NCBI GenBank assembly: GCA_024704765.1
Contig: JAKMXF010000013.1
Location: forward strand, 40,060-104,059
DNA from: Oopsacas minuta
Lineage: Eukaryota > Animalia > Porifera
Length of the DNA: 64,000 nt
Direction of reading: 5' to 3'
Within the stretch, counting starts at the first letter, position 1; every line of letters starts with the position of its first letter. A program made the translations under genes and the position numbers. The notes below the pieces were generated by a model, which was not told the DNA's origin, did not search any database, and saw only the letters and a list, made by a program, of their open reading frames with translations. Of this stretch, positions 40,470-53,719 are shown piece after piece.

Positions 40470-41335
40470 TCAGCAAGGTGTCCGGACACGTTAGACATGG
40501 CCTGGATGTCTACGTCAGGACAATAGCAATGAACCCATTCAGAGCAATTGTCACATTGTACCCATCGGATTTATTCCTTCCAAGTTTCCTCTTTGTCACA
40601 GGTTCTGGTTCTCTATTGTGGCACATACTGCACAGAGCATTCGACTCGTCAGAGCTGCTGGTAGAGCTAGAACACAGTCTGGAAACAGGAGAAACGCCAC
40701 GTTCCCTCCACTTCTCATCACTCTAGTACCTCCTCTACTTGTTATTCCGATCCGTCCTCGAGTCCTGACACACTTCTTCTTAGGGACATTCTCAGCCCCA
40801 AAGTGTCCCCATTTATTGCTTCTTTCGCCTTCTGCTTTCAATAGGGCGCTCTCTCTCTCTTTGTTGCTTAAATAGTCTCGCTCTTCTTCTTCTTCATTGA
40901 TAATTCGACTTCATCTGTTCGCATCGAGAATAATAAGACCAGTATTCTCGTATTCTCTCGTTAAAAGTTATGACAGCGATATCAGTGCAATCCTAATAGA
41001 TTGAGGTGATAAGTACTTGCTTTTGGACAGAAAATCCGTTTAGTGTAAGAATTTATTAGCATTTTGAGTCAGTCTTAATGTCAGATGGCTACAGAATTCC
41101 TCTATCACATAAGTATTGAATACTTCTTTCACCTTTTCAATGTCAATTGGTTTGAAGGTTGTCAGCGCAGTAGGATCTGAAGAATCTGATAGGTTTTTCC
41201 ACCGACACCATGATTTCTCTTCAGTAGGACATCCCGAATGATTCCCTACCACATGATCAACTAGTATATGTAGAGCAGAACATAGCTCGATTGATGTACA
41301 CTACGATGTTGATAGATGACAGTAGAGGAATTTGG
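40470..41335 (-). mobile_element. Mutator-like transposase, 3' part with PHD-like finger
   Basis: HSGCPTEEKSWC and LTQNAN motifs; LCSMC...(frameshift) WVQCDNCSEWVHCYC at 40520-40564. Confidence 0.6.
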
Positions 41336-41339
41336 GCGA

Positions 41340-42785
41340 AATAATCAGTAGGCCGAAAGGACAAAAGTATAAATCATCGATTAAATTTCTACCTAAGGGA
41401 AAAATTGCTATTTCTCTTTTCTAGGAAAATACGAGACTTAAATTTGTAAAATATTTCGATTTGACTCTTGCGGTTTTATATTTTTTGCTGTGCCTTTCGA
41501 AATTGACTTTAAATTGTTCGAATTGTCAAATTCCTTTGACTTAGCCCCTTTAGATATATTATTAAGGAATAGTAAGTAGCATTATTTCTATGTCCGAGGA
41601 TACTCAAGTTATCAAGATAATTTTTGCATATTCTATCATACCCAGGTAATATTACCCATCCCTTTTTCCGAAATTTGAAAATGCATAATTCTTACAAACT
41701 ATAGCTATGTAATCACCGTAGTATATTTCTGTATCTAAATCCAAATTCATCAATTGATTACCACAAAGAAATTTCACCAACCTTCCTTATCTCTTGCTCT
41801 TAACTTGGTTACGATTTATCTATCATGGAATGTATGGTCAATTATTGTATCTAACTATGTACTAGAACAAATCATTCATATTATAGAATGATTATATTCC
41901 TATAATTTATGTATTTTTCAATATATGGCAAAATACACAAGTAATAAAGTATTTCATCTTGTTTGGTTATCCTGGACCAATTACATAAATCAACTCCCAA
42001 CAAAACTAGATCTATAGAATCATTATGGAATGCTTAGAAATGAAGATTCTAAATCAACTAGAGACGGTAAAGCGAAAGAATTAACTGAGCTATTAGTGCG
42101 TATCTATAATTTGGCTTCCATACCCACATTATCAGAGCTCAAATATAACAGTACATCATTTCTGATATTGTCGAGAGAGCGAAAACATTTACCTTCTTGA
42201 ATTAGGCATTTGCAGCTTAAGACGTCGAACAAGACATTGAATTCGGAAATAATAGGCTGGATACGGTCAGGTTGTTGTTATTTTTGGGTACTTTATTGTA
42301 GCATTTAGCTGGAAGCCAAATTATAGATACGCACTAAATACTTCAGTTAATTCTTTCGTTATATCTTCTCTAGTTGATTTGGAATCTTCATTTCTAAGCA
42401 TTCGATAATGATTGTATAATTCCAGATTTGTTGGGAGTTGATTTTCTGGAATGGGTCCAGGATAACCAAAAACAGGATGAAATACTTTACTACGCGTGTA
42501 TTCTGCCATATTCAAAATATCTAAAAATATTAGCAATATAATTACTTACTATTACCAAATAATATATTTAAAGGGGCTAAGTCAAAGGAATTTGAAAATT
42601 CGGACAATTTATGGTAAATTTCTCGAAAATGTCACAGCAAAACTATAAAACCGTACAAGTTAAATCGAAATATTTTTTAAATTTAATTCTCTAATTTTCC
42701 TAGAAAAGAGTAAGGCAAATTTCCCTTAGATAAAAGTTGAACCGACGATTTATACTTTTCTTCGATCCGGCCTAATTATCAACCT
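41340..42785. repeat. large inverted duplication / foldback element
   Basis: Arms ~41340-42120 and ~42305-42785 are reverse complements (for example TCCTTTGACTTAGCCCCTTTA / TAAAGGGGCTAAGTCAAAGGA, and two copies of ATGGCA.AATACAC...TATCTATAATTTGGCTTCC); the left arm has ~350 extra bp. Confidence 0.85.
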
Positions 42786-42789
42786 TCCA

Positions 42790-43480
42790 TTCAGGTGTGC
42801 GTGTTGTACAAAAGTATTATTTTTCATTTTTTTCTTCTTTTCAGAGCTCGTTTCAGACGCTTGACTACATGCGTTGCCAGTTGGTCTGTGTGCATTTCTC
42901 TCTATTTCTCTTGAACCTGAAAGTAGTATCACAGGTTTGGAACGTGTCGTGGTGGAATGCGAAATTTAGCAATGTAGCCTCTGCGTGTGAGTACCTTTAA
43001 GTATTTGTGATTCTTAACTTTAGGCGGTTTCAGGCAAAGCGGTAGTATCAGGTCTTCCATATCTGTAAGAGATGGTGTACAAGTTGTATACATATTTCCA
43101 TAGAAGCGACGCATTCTAGGGCGTCCCATGCATTTACCAGCTCGAAGATTATCTTGTTCTTGAGATGTTGTAGGATACAATCAAAGCGAGCTGTATGCTT
43201 GGGAAATCCCTGAACAAGTTAGACTAACTGCTGTCTGAGGTGTAGATTCAGATTGAGGAGGACATAAAGGCAAGGTAATATACAGAAGAGGCACAAGATG
43301 CGATGAAATATAGGAGATATCCTCTGAAACTGAAAGTTGTGATGAGTCAGAGAAATCACCCTGCTCTTTGAGGACATGCTCTTCATAACTCGAACTTGAT
43401 TCATTTGAGGTCATCTGAGACAATAGCAAATTATCTGAATTGACTGGAAGAAAATAAGATTAGAACAATTGTACACATTC
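42790..43480 (-). mobile_element. Mutator-like transposase, 5' part (probably the same element as 40470-41335)
   Basis: CPPQSE...AVSLTCS and KCMGRPRMRRFYGNM fragments, same strand, on the other side of the foldback. Confidence 0.45.
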
Positions 43481-43636
43481 TGGATAATATCTGGCGGAAA
43501 ATATTCAAATTAGCAACTTCGAAGAAAGCGTACAATATTCACTATTCCTTACGTCCTCAAAGGCCATAGTTTAGGTTCATATTTTTACTGTAATAAGCGA
43601 AAAGGTCTCACTGCCATAAGATTTTGTCCCAAAGTA

Positions 43637-44376
43637 CTAGGGCGTTCATTAAGTCTTGCGGGTAATATCATAGAATATGATACAAACACTATACACACTA
43701 ATTCACTATATTATTTATTCAAAGTAATCCCCTCCTGCAGATACACAAAGCTTTAGCCTTTCCACCCACTTGTAAACACATTTCTGTACTCTTCTTCGGG
43801 ATGGATTTGAAGTACTGGTACAGGCCCCGTTCCGAATGCTTGTAATGTATTAAAATCTTGCCTTGAAGGTAGATTTTAAGCCTGGGGAATAGCCAAAAAT
43901 CACACGGAGCTAGGTCTGGTGAATATGGTGAATGGGAAGTAATTCTAACCCTTCTACATCCAAGAAATTTTTGGTAAGCTTAGCTGTATGGGAACTGGCG
44001 TTATCAATTAAAATCTTCATTGCTCGAGTTCCGGTGTTCGGGCAGTACTTTTCTATATTTTTCATTAAATTTGGAAGCACTTGCTCTGTAAAAGTAGCAG
44101 TAACAGCCTTGCCAATCTCACAAGGTAATTGCAAGACAATTCCATGACTCCTGAAGAAGATAGTATACATAATCTTAGGTTTTCTGAAGTCGGGCGTAGG
44201 AATTTTCGCCGGTTGTTCATCGCCCCTCACCCATGATTGCTTCTTGTACTTGCTATATGGTGTTGAATAGTACACCCACGTCTCGTCACCAGTAATAATC
44301 TCTGTTAGGCGTCTAGAATCGCAGTTCTCATAAGTTTCCAAGAGTTTCTTGGCAATATTCAGTCGTGCTAACCTTT
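43637..44376 (-). mobile_element. mariner element, 3' part, cut by N-gap
   Basis: TA + CTAGGGCGTTCATTAAGTCTTGCGGG terminus; ITGDETWVYY, LIDNASSH and a PYSPDL-like block. Confidence 0.9.
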
Positions 44377-44377
44377 N

Positions 44378-44504
44378 CGTTATAGTATTGGACTACTATA
44401 GACTACTAATAATCTGAAAAATGGTCGGTTAGTAAACAATACTGTTCGATTTATAACGACTTCAATCGAAGTACTGAGGAGGAAAAAACTTTTGAGACAC
44501 CCTG
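44378..44504 (-). mobile_element. Tc1-like element, 5' terminus (partner of 63412-64000)
   Basis: GAGGAAAAAACTTTTGAGACACCCTG + TA matches the reverse complement of the 63412 terminus with one mismatch. Confidence 0.85.
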
Positions 44505-46011
44505 TAGAATGGACCAATTTTTACACTCATAAGTCATAAAATAATGAACTAATGGTACTGAGCCGCCCGCCCGCATGCATGGTCAGGAGGACCACAAGTG
44601 GGGCTGAAACAAGTTTCTCATTAACAGTGGCATTATAGTCAGAGATTCTTTCTTATTTGATGCAATAATTTTTCTAAGTATAATACATTTTTAATTATTC
44701 AACTTATATTATTAGCTATATGCGAATAATTAGAATTACAGTCTCATGTATAAACAGGGAGATTTATTTGAATTTAGTATATACAGAACAGGTCACAAGT
44801 TGAATGTATCGGCCGAATTCGTTTACAAATACCGTCAGCTGATTCTAATTGAGCCGAGCCTACTCATACATAATTCAGATTAACTAGGCTGGTCTTCCTC
44901 GTTTATGGCTGGATACTAACCAGGAAGTTATACTAACTCAAACCTTGATTATAATAAATATTATTGGTAATTTGAACATGAAGTTTGGAATTTTGATTAA
45001 GGGTGATGTACGGGGAATACACAAAATCGTAGAATCGATCAATTAGAAATCATTAGTTTTACTTGTAGCTATATATTCCCTTAGTAAGTATATGCAATAT
45101 TAGATAGTCGGTTTCACTCTAACATAATATAGTAGTGCTTTGAAAGTAGATCTGATTTCGAGGAATATTCTACTGAAAATCCCTGGATTTGCTCGGATTG
45201 CTGATAGTTTATAGCTAATTAGATCTTATCATTTGTTAGTACACTGTCAATTGTTGCAGGAAACTCATAGATATAATATATAATATATAATATATGACTG
45301 TATGTGTAATCCCCTCCATTTCAACACGCACAATCCCAAACAATAACAACTTTTTTGAAAGTAGGGAACCCTCCACATGAATTTGTAAGCTCAAAGTGGG
45401 TTTGTTTTAGCATCAAATAGTTCAAGGCAGTTAGTAATAAACTAAAAAATTAGACAAATTTGAAAAGATATCTCATAAGAATGTGAACAATATTTTATAA
45501 GTGTAATTAGTTGAAATTTCAATTTCGAAAAAATAAAAAATATTTTGAAAAGAACAATATTTTTAGATATTCAGAAACATCCCTATGTATTCTATTATGT
45601 ACTTTAACCAAATCAAATAATGGGTATGGCATCAAAATGTAAATTTCAAGTGTGCTCAATTGAATCCTGTGCTAACTTCTCACTTGTGCGTAGTTCCACC
45701 TAAATGCAAACTATAGTATGTGTTCTCACAAAATCAACTTGAGAAGGTCATTTCAGGGTCGAAGTGTGTACTAGAATCAATAAGGTGAGCGGAGTCAGAC
45801 AAGAGGTCAATCGATGGAGTTAGGACAAGTTTGGAGAAAGGAATGTTGTTATATTCCTATACATTCCTGGGCTGGTAGGGAAATTTACTGGCCTAAATAA
45901 TTACCACCTGCAGTTTGATAATATAAATAACAACATCTACATGTAAAATATTAGCTGGTGGGAAAATATATAATCATCAATATAATTGGGAAGGTAATAA
46001 TGAAGGACTAC

Positions 46012-46143
46012 CTTTGCAAAGCTCCCATCGCCAATTTCATTAAGGAGATCCCATTTAACCAGCGGATTCGAACTAATAAGATGTTTAGAGATATCTTCTG
46101 GCCGAACAGGGCGTGTAGTAAAAAATTTTCTGAAGAATGCCAT
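46012..46143 (-). CDS. SLK: SLK/STK10 kinase, first coding exon (44 aa)
   Basis: MAFFRKFF...NPLVKWDLLNEIGDGSFAK, then a phase-0 GT donor (AAG|gtagtc); resembles the SLK/STK10 N-terminus (MxF...NPxxxWEIIGELGDGAFGK). Confidence 0.88.
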
Positions 46144-48399
46144 AAAAAAGAAGGCTATAAACAATATGTGAAAAAATATTACGAATCTGGAGATATAAAT
46201 ATGATTTGTAACCAGATGTTTTCTTAGTCAGGGGCTATACATTATTTAATTTCTTAGCTAGGACAGCCCGAGTTATTAGACCTCGGGTGGGGAACCCTAA
46301 CTTTAGATGTAGAGCATAACAACACTGGTTAGGTGAAAATACAGGTTAGTGTTGTTCAAATATCATAAAATTAGGAATGCCGGGAGTGGATCCAAAGAAT
46401 TCCGCCAAAGGGGGCTAGGACAAGGAAATATTCGGTTCCATACATATATAATGTGGGACGCAACCTTTCAACCACTAAAGTAGAAAAATACATGGCCACC
46501 CATAAGCAATTTTGAGGGCTACTATAGCACTAGTATTAGAGCATATATTATATATAACAAATGATACCATAGGAAAAAATCACATTTGTGGTCCGATGGC
46601 CTTAGTGTAGCGTGGCCCAGGTCGAGAACCTTAGCCAAATATAGTTCTTAAGGAATTTTTCAGCAGTGGACGCCCTCCCATAGACTGTAATAGATCCTGC
46701 CCCCCTGCTATAGTCCGTGACAACAAAGGGTCCATCATGGACAACTGGATGGGAAGAGCTGTCCTAATATATAGGTATAATGCAGTACATGAGGTAATCT
46801 TCAGGAAAAATAATAATAAAATAGGCAATAATTTCAATACTAGGCTCCAACGTAATAGTAGGCACATTTAAACACGTTTGGGACAATTGAAAATTGATAT
46901 TGCCCAATTGTCTTAAACAGCAGGCATAAATTTGTTCATTGAATCTTTAGACATCAAAATTTCTGAAGACATATCCACCAGAAATACAGCTTTTCATGAT
47001 AAGTGTATACCGTACCTGCAGAATTATTTTTGCCATGGTGGCGCATGAAAGCAAATATGCTAGAAACAATGCAAAAGAATTCATAGACTAGCGGGAGTGG
47101 CAGATCTTGCACACTTTGTGTTCGAGTGAAGAACACTTCGGCGATCTGTAATATAGGTTATACAACAACAAACACCATATATCAATTAGTGTTGCACGAA
47201 GAAGGCCGGACAATGGTTAATGTGAAATACCATGAAGCACCAATGGAAACCTTCATGGCATAATAAATAATTAAAGGCTGTGTCTAGAGTGCTGGTGTCA
47301 TATAGTAATCTCTGTAACTATCCAACGCAACGGGCCGAAGACTATATTAATTTAGTTGTCTTCCGGGGGGGAAACTATCATGCAGAATAAGGTTCCCCTA
47401 TCTTCCACGCCTGTAATTATCCCTCCGTGAAGAATACTGCATAGTATTCTTCCCCCTATCTCAATTGTATTGTAATTCACTGACCTACATTATGGCTCCT
47501 ATACTGAAACTTAAAGGACTTTAACTGCTTTTGAACAGGGAGAACCCATTAATCCTAATGAAAGTCGTCAATAGTACGCACAATTAGTTTATGTTTTGAA
47601 ATTTCCTATTCCATTAGACCCTCGCTAACCGAATAGGGCTTGAAGGTTAAACAACATTGAAAAACGGTGAAATTTTTTACAAAGACCTTATTGAATTCAA
47701 ATTCTATAGCGTACAGATATATACCACTATATTACATATGTTGGCAGCCTTTTCATGGTATATACAATTTTCGAAAGCATGTGCCCCTAGATCCTATAGG
47801 TTTCTTTCAATACATTTCGCTAATAGGAACGAAGTATTTCGAGTTACAATACACTTTAAGTAGTGTATTGTAACGCAAAATATTTCGTCCCCAATAGTGA
47901 AATGCAACACTGAGTTTGAGTCACAATACACCCTCGCTAATCGGACCAACTGTTCCGATTAGCGAGGGAGTGTTGTAACTCAAATTACCATAGTTGTCAA
48001 GTCTCACGGATCGAAAGTGAGACTCATCTATTGGAACATCATCCCGGTATAACATTTATCATTGTCCTCACTGTATATTCTCTGAGGAAATTTGAGTTAT
48101 TATAGTGATTTATTGGGATTTGAACAATGTTTCGCTATTTTGAGGGTAGATATCCTATCAGCCTTCCAATATATTTCAAAAATTGTAAAATTCCATTAAT
48201 TATAATTAACCAAATCTCACGGATGGATTTTCCAAAAGTTGACAATTTGAGTATGAGTTAAATCCAATTATTTTTACATCACAATCTATACATAAAGCTA
48301 TGGGCCTGATATAAATTGTTAGTCCAGAGACAGCAATATATATAGCAATATATTAAGGCAAATTTTGCTAGTTCAATAACGGTTTTATATGATACCTGT

Positions 48400-49230
48400 G
48401 TGATTGATATGTAGAACTACCCACAATCGACGCTATACACACATTTTTCTGGTCGAAATGACGTAATATGATTACGTGATATACGCTCTGCTCTAGAAAT
48501 TCCCAAACTTTGGCTCTGTTAACAGTAATATATGCTACTTTCGGTTCCAGACTATTTACTGAGTGATCCAGAGAGGTTTTCTAACAAAATATCAGAGTTT
48601 GTCATGGTAAATTTCGCGCGAGTTCCAAAGTTGTAGTATTTAGTGAGCATGAATGCCGCATTTCTTCGATATTCATCCAAAACTAGGTCATCTTTAATGG
48701 TATGACCAGATAATCGTGCCAATATTTAGTTTTACTCGATTTCCCATGCCCTTGTATACATATTGATATGATATCTCTGCACATTATGACATAATCTAGC
48801 GTATACCCATATATTGCAATATTCAAGATTACATCATAATGTGCACATATAGGATATCAAAATGAATTACAAGGGTAGGGAAATCTGGTATAAACTATAC
48901 ATTGGGACGAGCAATTCGCTCTTAGATTGAAGATTACCGAGTTATGGATGAAAATTGACAGAAATTCTCCATCCATGGTCACTCAGTATTACAACTCTGG
49001 AACTCGTGGGAAATTTAACGTGACAGACTCTGATATTTTGTTTGAAATCCTCTCAAGATTACTCAGTGAATATTTTGGAATCGAAAGTGGCATATATTAA
49101 AGTTGACAGAGCTTCAAAGTTTGTGAATATAGGGAGCAGTGTTTATTACATAATCATATGAATTCATTTGGTACTGAAAAATGTGTTGATAGCGTGGATT
49201 GTGAGTAGTACTATGTATATATAACAAGTA
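48400..49230. repeat. long imperfect palindrome / foldback (~400-bp arms, centre ~48800-48825)
   Basis: Reverse-complement blocks such as GGAACTCG.G.GAAATTTA...ACTCTGATATTTTGTT, CATAATGTGCA and AAAAATGTGT..ATAGCGT.GATTGTG.GTAGT, colinear from centre to ends. Confidence 0.85.
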
Positions 49231-51116
49231 CAGTCGACCACGGTTAACTTGAATACACGTTATTCGAGCTTTCACAAACTGGAACAAACATCTTTTTCCC
49301 TTGAAAAATCTGACATGATCCAATGCAAAATTGTCGGTTAAATTGAACTCTTTTAATTAGAATTTCACCAATTTGAACAAACTCGAATTTCACTTGAATG
49401 ATATTACAAAATATATTCGTTCGATAATTCGAACTTCTACAAAATGTAACAATTTGATATTTCATTGATAAAGAATTAATTCCATATAAATCCACCCAAG
49501 ATAATTCGAACGTCAATATGACTTTCATTTTTATTATTACTATTTACTAAATGAAATGTAATTATTGTGTTTGGTATGTGTATTTCATCTCCATGTTTTA
49601 GTTATCATGTAGAGTCTTTTTAAGGATATCTACATATGCTCATAGTCCATAGAAATATAAAATGCATGATACTCGCAACCCCTCACCGTCACCAAATCTG
49701 ACCAGTTTTCATATAATCTCAAAGTTACAAATGTTAGATTTGCTGCTCTGAGAAAACAAAAGATTATTTTGCAAACCATCCAGTCTTTTACTATTTCAAA
49801 CAACCAACAACACCCAAATGATCAACAAAATGCATGATACAATCCAATAAATTCTACTACATTTCTCATGAAGATATTGCATAATCTATAAATATTATCT
49901 CGTTTATTGTCTTATTTTTTTGGGGTTCTAAAATATTTATTATGTAATGAATATATTGATATAATAATATATTGCTGCCCTGGTCCAAAAATTTCAATGA
50001 ACACTATTGCATTATCTATAGAGTGCTTTGGTTTTGAGTAAGTCTACTAAATATATTCCGAAAATTTTCACCAAGTTTGTTAACTGCTTTACAGTAGCTG
50101 CAGAATAAGTCTGTCGACGAAATATATATTTGGTTGAGATTTTGTGAATAATTCTAGAGACAAATAGGACCAGATACATCATTTAGAACATAAAGATAAT
50201 GCCAAAAGGTATGATAGATGTAAAAATAGTTCTTCAGGGAAAATCTGTTGAAGTTAATAAGTGGTTTCTAATTTTACTTATAGCATTGGCCTAGCTAGCA
50301 TTTCCTCTTTGTGTTGCGGTGAGAATGTAGGATGTACCAGTGGGGTTGCTAGCAACCCCGATAATACAGAGATTGCTAGCACCCTCAGTAACCCGGGTTG
50401 CTAATAAGGCTGCCAGCAACCCCAAACAACCCCCTAGCTAAGTCTATATCGTACAGCCAATTCGAACTAAATACGTGTTCACTTTAGTTGTATATTTGAC
50501 CGATTTTCTGTATAGCTAGACAAAAAACTTGGTATTATTCCAAAGTATAGGTTGGTGGATTACGACAATGTCATCAGAACAGAAAATATGTGTGATCACT
50601 TAGCATCAAGGTTTTTAAAGTTTTTCCTAACGTGTCAATTTATAATGTGAAATTTCATGAACATATTATCATTCTTTTGATATACTTTTTCATCTGAATA
50701 CTATTGAGGGTAGGTTGATTATGTGTCTAATATTTCTTTTAAAAATAATTATTACTTTTTGAAATCTTTTGTGACATATTTCAAAATGTCTTAATTATTT
50801 GTTAAAATTTACTACCTATTTTCGTACTACTATTAACAAGACGTAATTGTATATACAATCCTTTCTCAGTCCATAATCACTAACGATAATTCTCCGTATA
50901 TAATAATCTTATTTTTCATTCTAATTACATAATTGAGACTCTTATCTTATACTTTCAATTCCGGCCTAAATTCGTTTCAATTTCACAATATAATTGATTA
51001 CTCTCAATTTTTTTCTTTCGTTCAATTCATAAATTTTTGTTTATCTATCGAGTAATACAAACATGTTTTCATTTCAAGTTACAGCACCCTCTAATTTATC
51101 TACTCAACTCTTGTAG

Positions 51117-51387
51117 GGGAGTCCTATTCAATTTTCCAGCAATCTCCTTTATCGGTTTCCAACTATTCACCTCTCGTAACAACAATCTATCTATTAGTGT
51201 CAATTTTTCAGACATTCTACTCAATTATAAATTATCTCTGTTCACTAAGAAAGCTCTAGAAACAGTTAAAGAATCGTTTGATTCTCAATCACCAATTGCA
51301 TGTGAGAAAACTACCTTGGATGTCAGTTTCATAACCATTGAGGAGTGTTTAAATGAGCTTGCAGATAATGATAGGTTTACAATCTGG
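51117..51387 (+). CDS. 5' part of the host exon interrupted by the hAT element
   Basis: CTAAT branch-like motif, pyrimidine tract and TGTAG acceptor (AG at 51115-51116); open frame GVLFNFP...NDRFTIW ending exactly at the hAT TIR. Confidence 0.5.
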
Positions 51388-52804
51388 CAGGGTTCTATCT
51401 AGGATGTTCAATTTGGGAGGGAAGCTTTGAAATCCTTAGTAACCAATTATGAAAGTATTCCAACCTTGAAGCAGTGTTCCCCCTAAGCCAAGTTATGGCT
51501 CACATTTGGTCTGCATCAAGGCCTGTTTTATCGGCCGAAAACTATCTAATAGTGACAAAGTTCCTGCTGGAGAATACAACACTTTTCAGAACATACAAAT
51601 GAAGCCCAACATCGATGTAAAATTAGCATTGAGTGTAGAAAATAAAATTCGAAAGAATATAATAAACCAGTACTCCACAGGGAAAATCGCGCAAACTTTA
51701 GATTATTATTGGCTAAGGAATTTTGGAATATTCATTTTGATCGGCTGCAGATCCGAATTGACCGGCCGTCGGAATGCCAAATTGGCGTTTTGGGTGGCAG
51801 GCCGGCCGGTCAAAACGCTTAGGGGGAACACTGCCTTGAAGTAAACGCCAAACATTTAATTTAATTCCTAATAATGAAGATTTCCATTGTTAGTAAACAT
51901 GAAAGGGCCGCCCACAAATTGGTTTTTCTAATTTTCATTCCTTTATAATGTTCCAATACTGCCTCTAAATTTTCATCAGATAGGTGATCAGGACCTTCAA
52001 TACATATACGCATACAATAATCAAGTATCTCTTCACTCATTCGGCTGCGAAGTCTCGTTTTTATTAATTTCATATTGCTAAAACTCCTTTCGACTGTGGC
52101 TGTTGTCACTGGTAATACTTCCAAAATAGAGGCTATCTTTGCCAAGTTTGGAAATGCAGCATATATCTCTCCGTTTCCCAGCAGTCTTGAGAGTATAAAT
52201 TGTAAGGACCTACCTTTGTACTGTAGGAAAATTAAGTGTCGAAACAATTTCTACTCTGATTCAGTTTCTTTGGCTTCGATGTCAGGCTGTGATATACCTA
52301 CATCTCCTTCTACATTGATCCTTTGTTTATCACTATAAAAATCCGTGAGTGTCTTAATCTGTTCCATTCCGTACTCTGATAATTCTCCTTCTGTACCAGG
52401 AAGATGGCGAGGGGGTCAAAAACAGACATGGCTGAAATGAGATCAGTAGACTCCATCCTGACATTAATATGATCTATGACACTTTTGGAGGTATGGTTGG
52501 TACACCTTGTAAAGAAATTCACTTCTCTTCTTCCAATACCACGATGTGTTTCTCCCCTAATTGAGCATCACCAGTAAAACCAAAGATGTTCCTTGAACCA
52601 TGTGCTGCTTGTTACATCTTCTTCGAGCTCCAACAGCCGTTTAGTAGTACTAGCAACCATCAATGGCACACTCACAAGATCAATATCCTTGGCTTGTAGA
52701 CTTCCTTGCAATTTCGCTACGATATGAAGAACATCTGATAGCATGTAGATACATGCGACAGTCTTGTACTTCACTAAGAGAGTTGCAATTCTATGTGATT
52801 CTGC
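51388..52804 (-). mobile_element. hAT element, 3' part (ZNF862-like)
   Basis: Terminus CAGGGTTCTATCTA at 51388; dimerisation-domain motif LPVTTATVERSFSNMKLIKTRLRSRM...IEGP; MLSDVLHIVAKLQGSLQ. Confidence 0.92.
51472..51833. mobile_element. hAT-type MITE (362 bp) nested in the hAT 3' region
   Basis: Perfect 16-bp TIRs CAGTGTTCCCCCTAAG and perfect 8-bp TSD CCTTGAAG. Confidence 0.95.
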
Positions 52805-52805
52805 N

Positions 52806-53301
52806 TACGATTTGTAACACCATTCTCATTGATAATCTTACGAACATATGATTGAGAGATATCGAATTTTCGAGCCATTTTTCTGGTGGAGACTCCTATT
52901 TTATTGCTAATTTTGCACAATAGAGATCGCCGGAGGCTCTTGGGCATTTTGACAGACTTGCGACCGCTACCCAACTTCCTGTTTAGGGTTCCTCTATTCT
53001 TGATAGTAGAAATGGTGTTGTAGATAGTAGATCTTGCGATTCCAAACGTCAAAAAATGCTTAACTGTATAAGAAATCCCATGCTCATAATTTTTATGAAA
53101 AAATTGTCCAATAATGTGTCGCCGTTGTGTCACTTTCAAATGATCCATCTCCAGATGCTATGTTCGAAAATAATCGAAAATGGTTTGAATTTGAAATCTA
53201 TATACAAATAATGCATTGGTGAACAAAGATTTATGAATTTGGAAATATTTCGTTGTTGTGGTGAACTATAAAATATGTCTAAAATTTTAGTGCTCACCCG
53301 T
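52806..53301 (-). mobile_element. Tc1-like element, 5' part, cut by N-gap
   Basis: MDHLKVTQRRHII...ARSTIYNTI...GSGRK...STRKMARKFDISQSYV HTH region; TTTTAGTGCTCACCCG-like terminus. Confidence 0.8.
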
Positions 53302-53719
53302 TATTTTGATTACTATAGATGGAAGTTATGAAAAATAAGCTAAAGGAAACAACTGATTACTACCAAAACACATTTATAGTGTAGGATATTATTCTATTCT
53401 TAGTTTTGGATGATGGATCATTGAGCTAATTTAATAGAAGTATGGGTGGAATTTAGAGTTTCGAGTTAGCAAAAACTTGTTCTTGTGAGTAAGTCCAAAT
53501 TGTGACCATAGCATCATTACTTGCAGATATTTGGAAGGATGGGACCGTTTCAGAAAATTATCGATCCGATCCCGATGCCCGATCATACTGTCAAATGGAT
53601 TGACGATCCTTTCCGATCCACAAAATGATCTAGATCCAGATGGTACAATATTAGATAGAAAGAACCTAATGACTAGTCGGAGTAAACGCAAATATGTACG
53701 AATTAAAACGCCAATAATC

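Noticed and set aside
26846-44376. Mariner halves at 43637-44376 and 26846-27320 as one split element
   Set aside because: They overlap by ~20 codons around CDSRR and differ substantially in that overlap, so they are different copies.
47931-47968. 15-bp perfect hairpin, and the palindrome GGGGTTGCTAGCAACCCC at 50342-50359
   Set aside because: Both look like ordinary repeated subterminal motifs of MITE ends.
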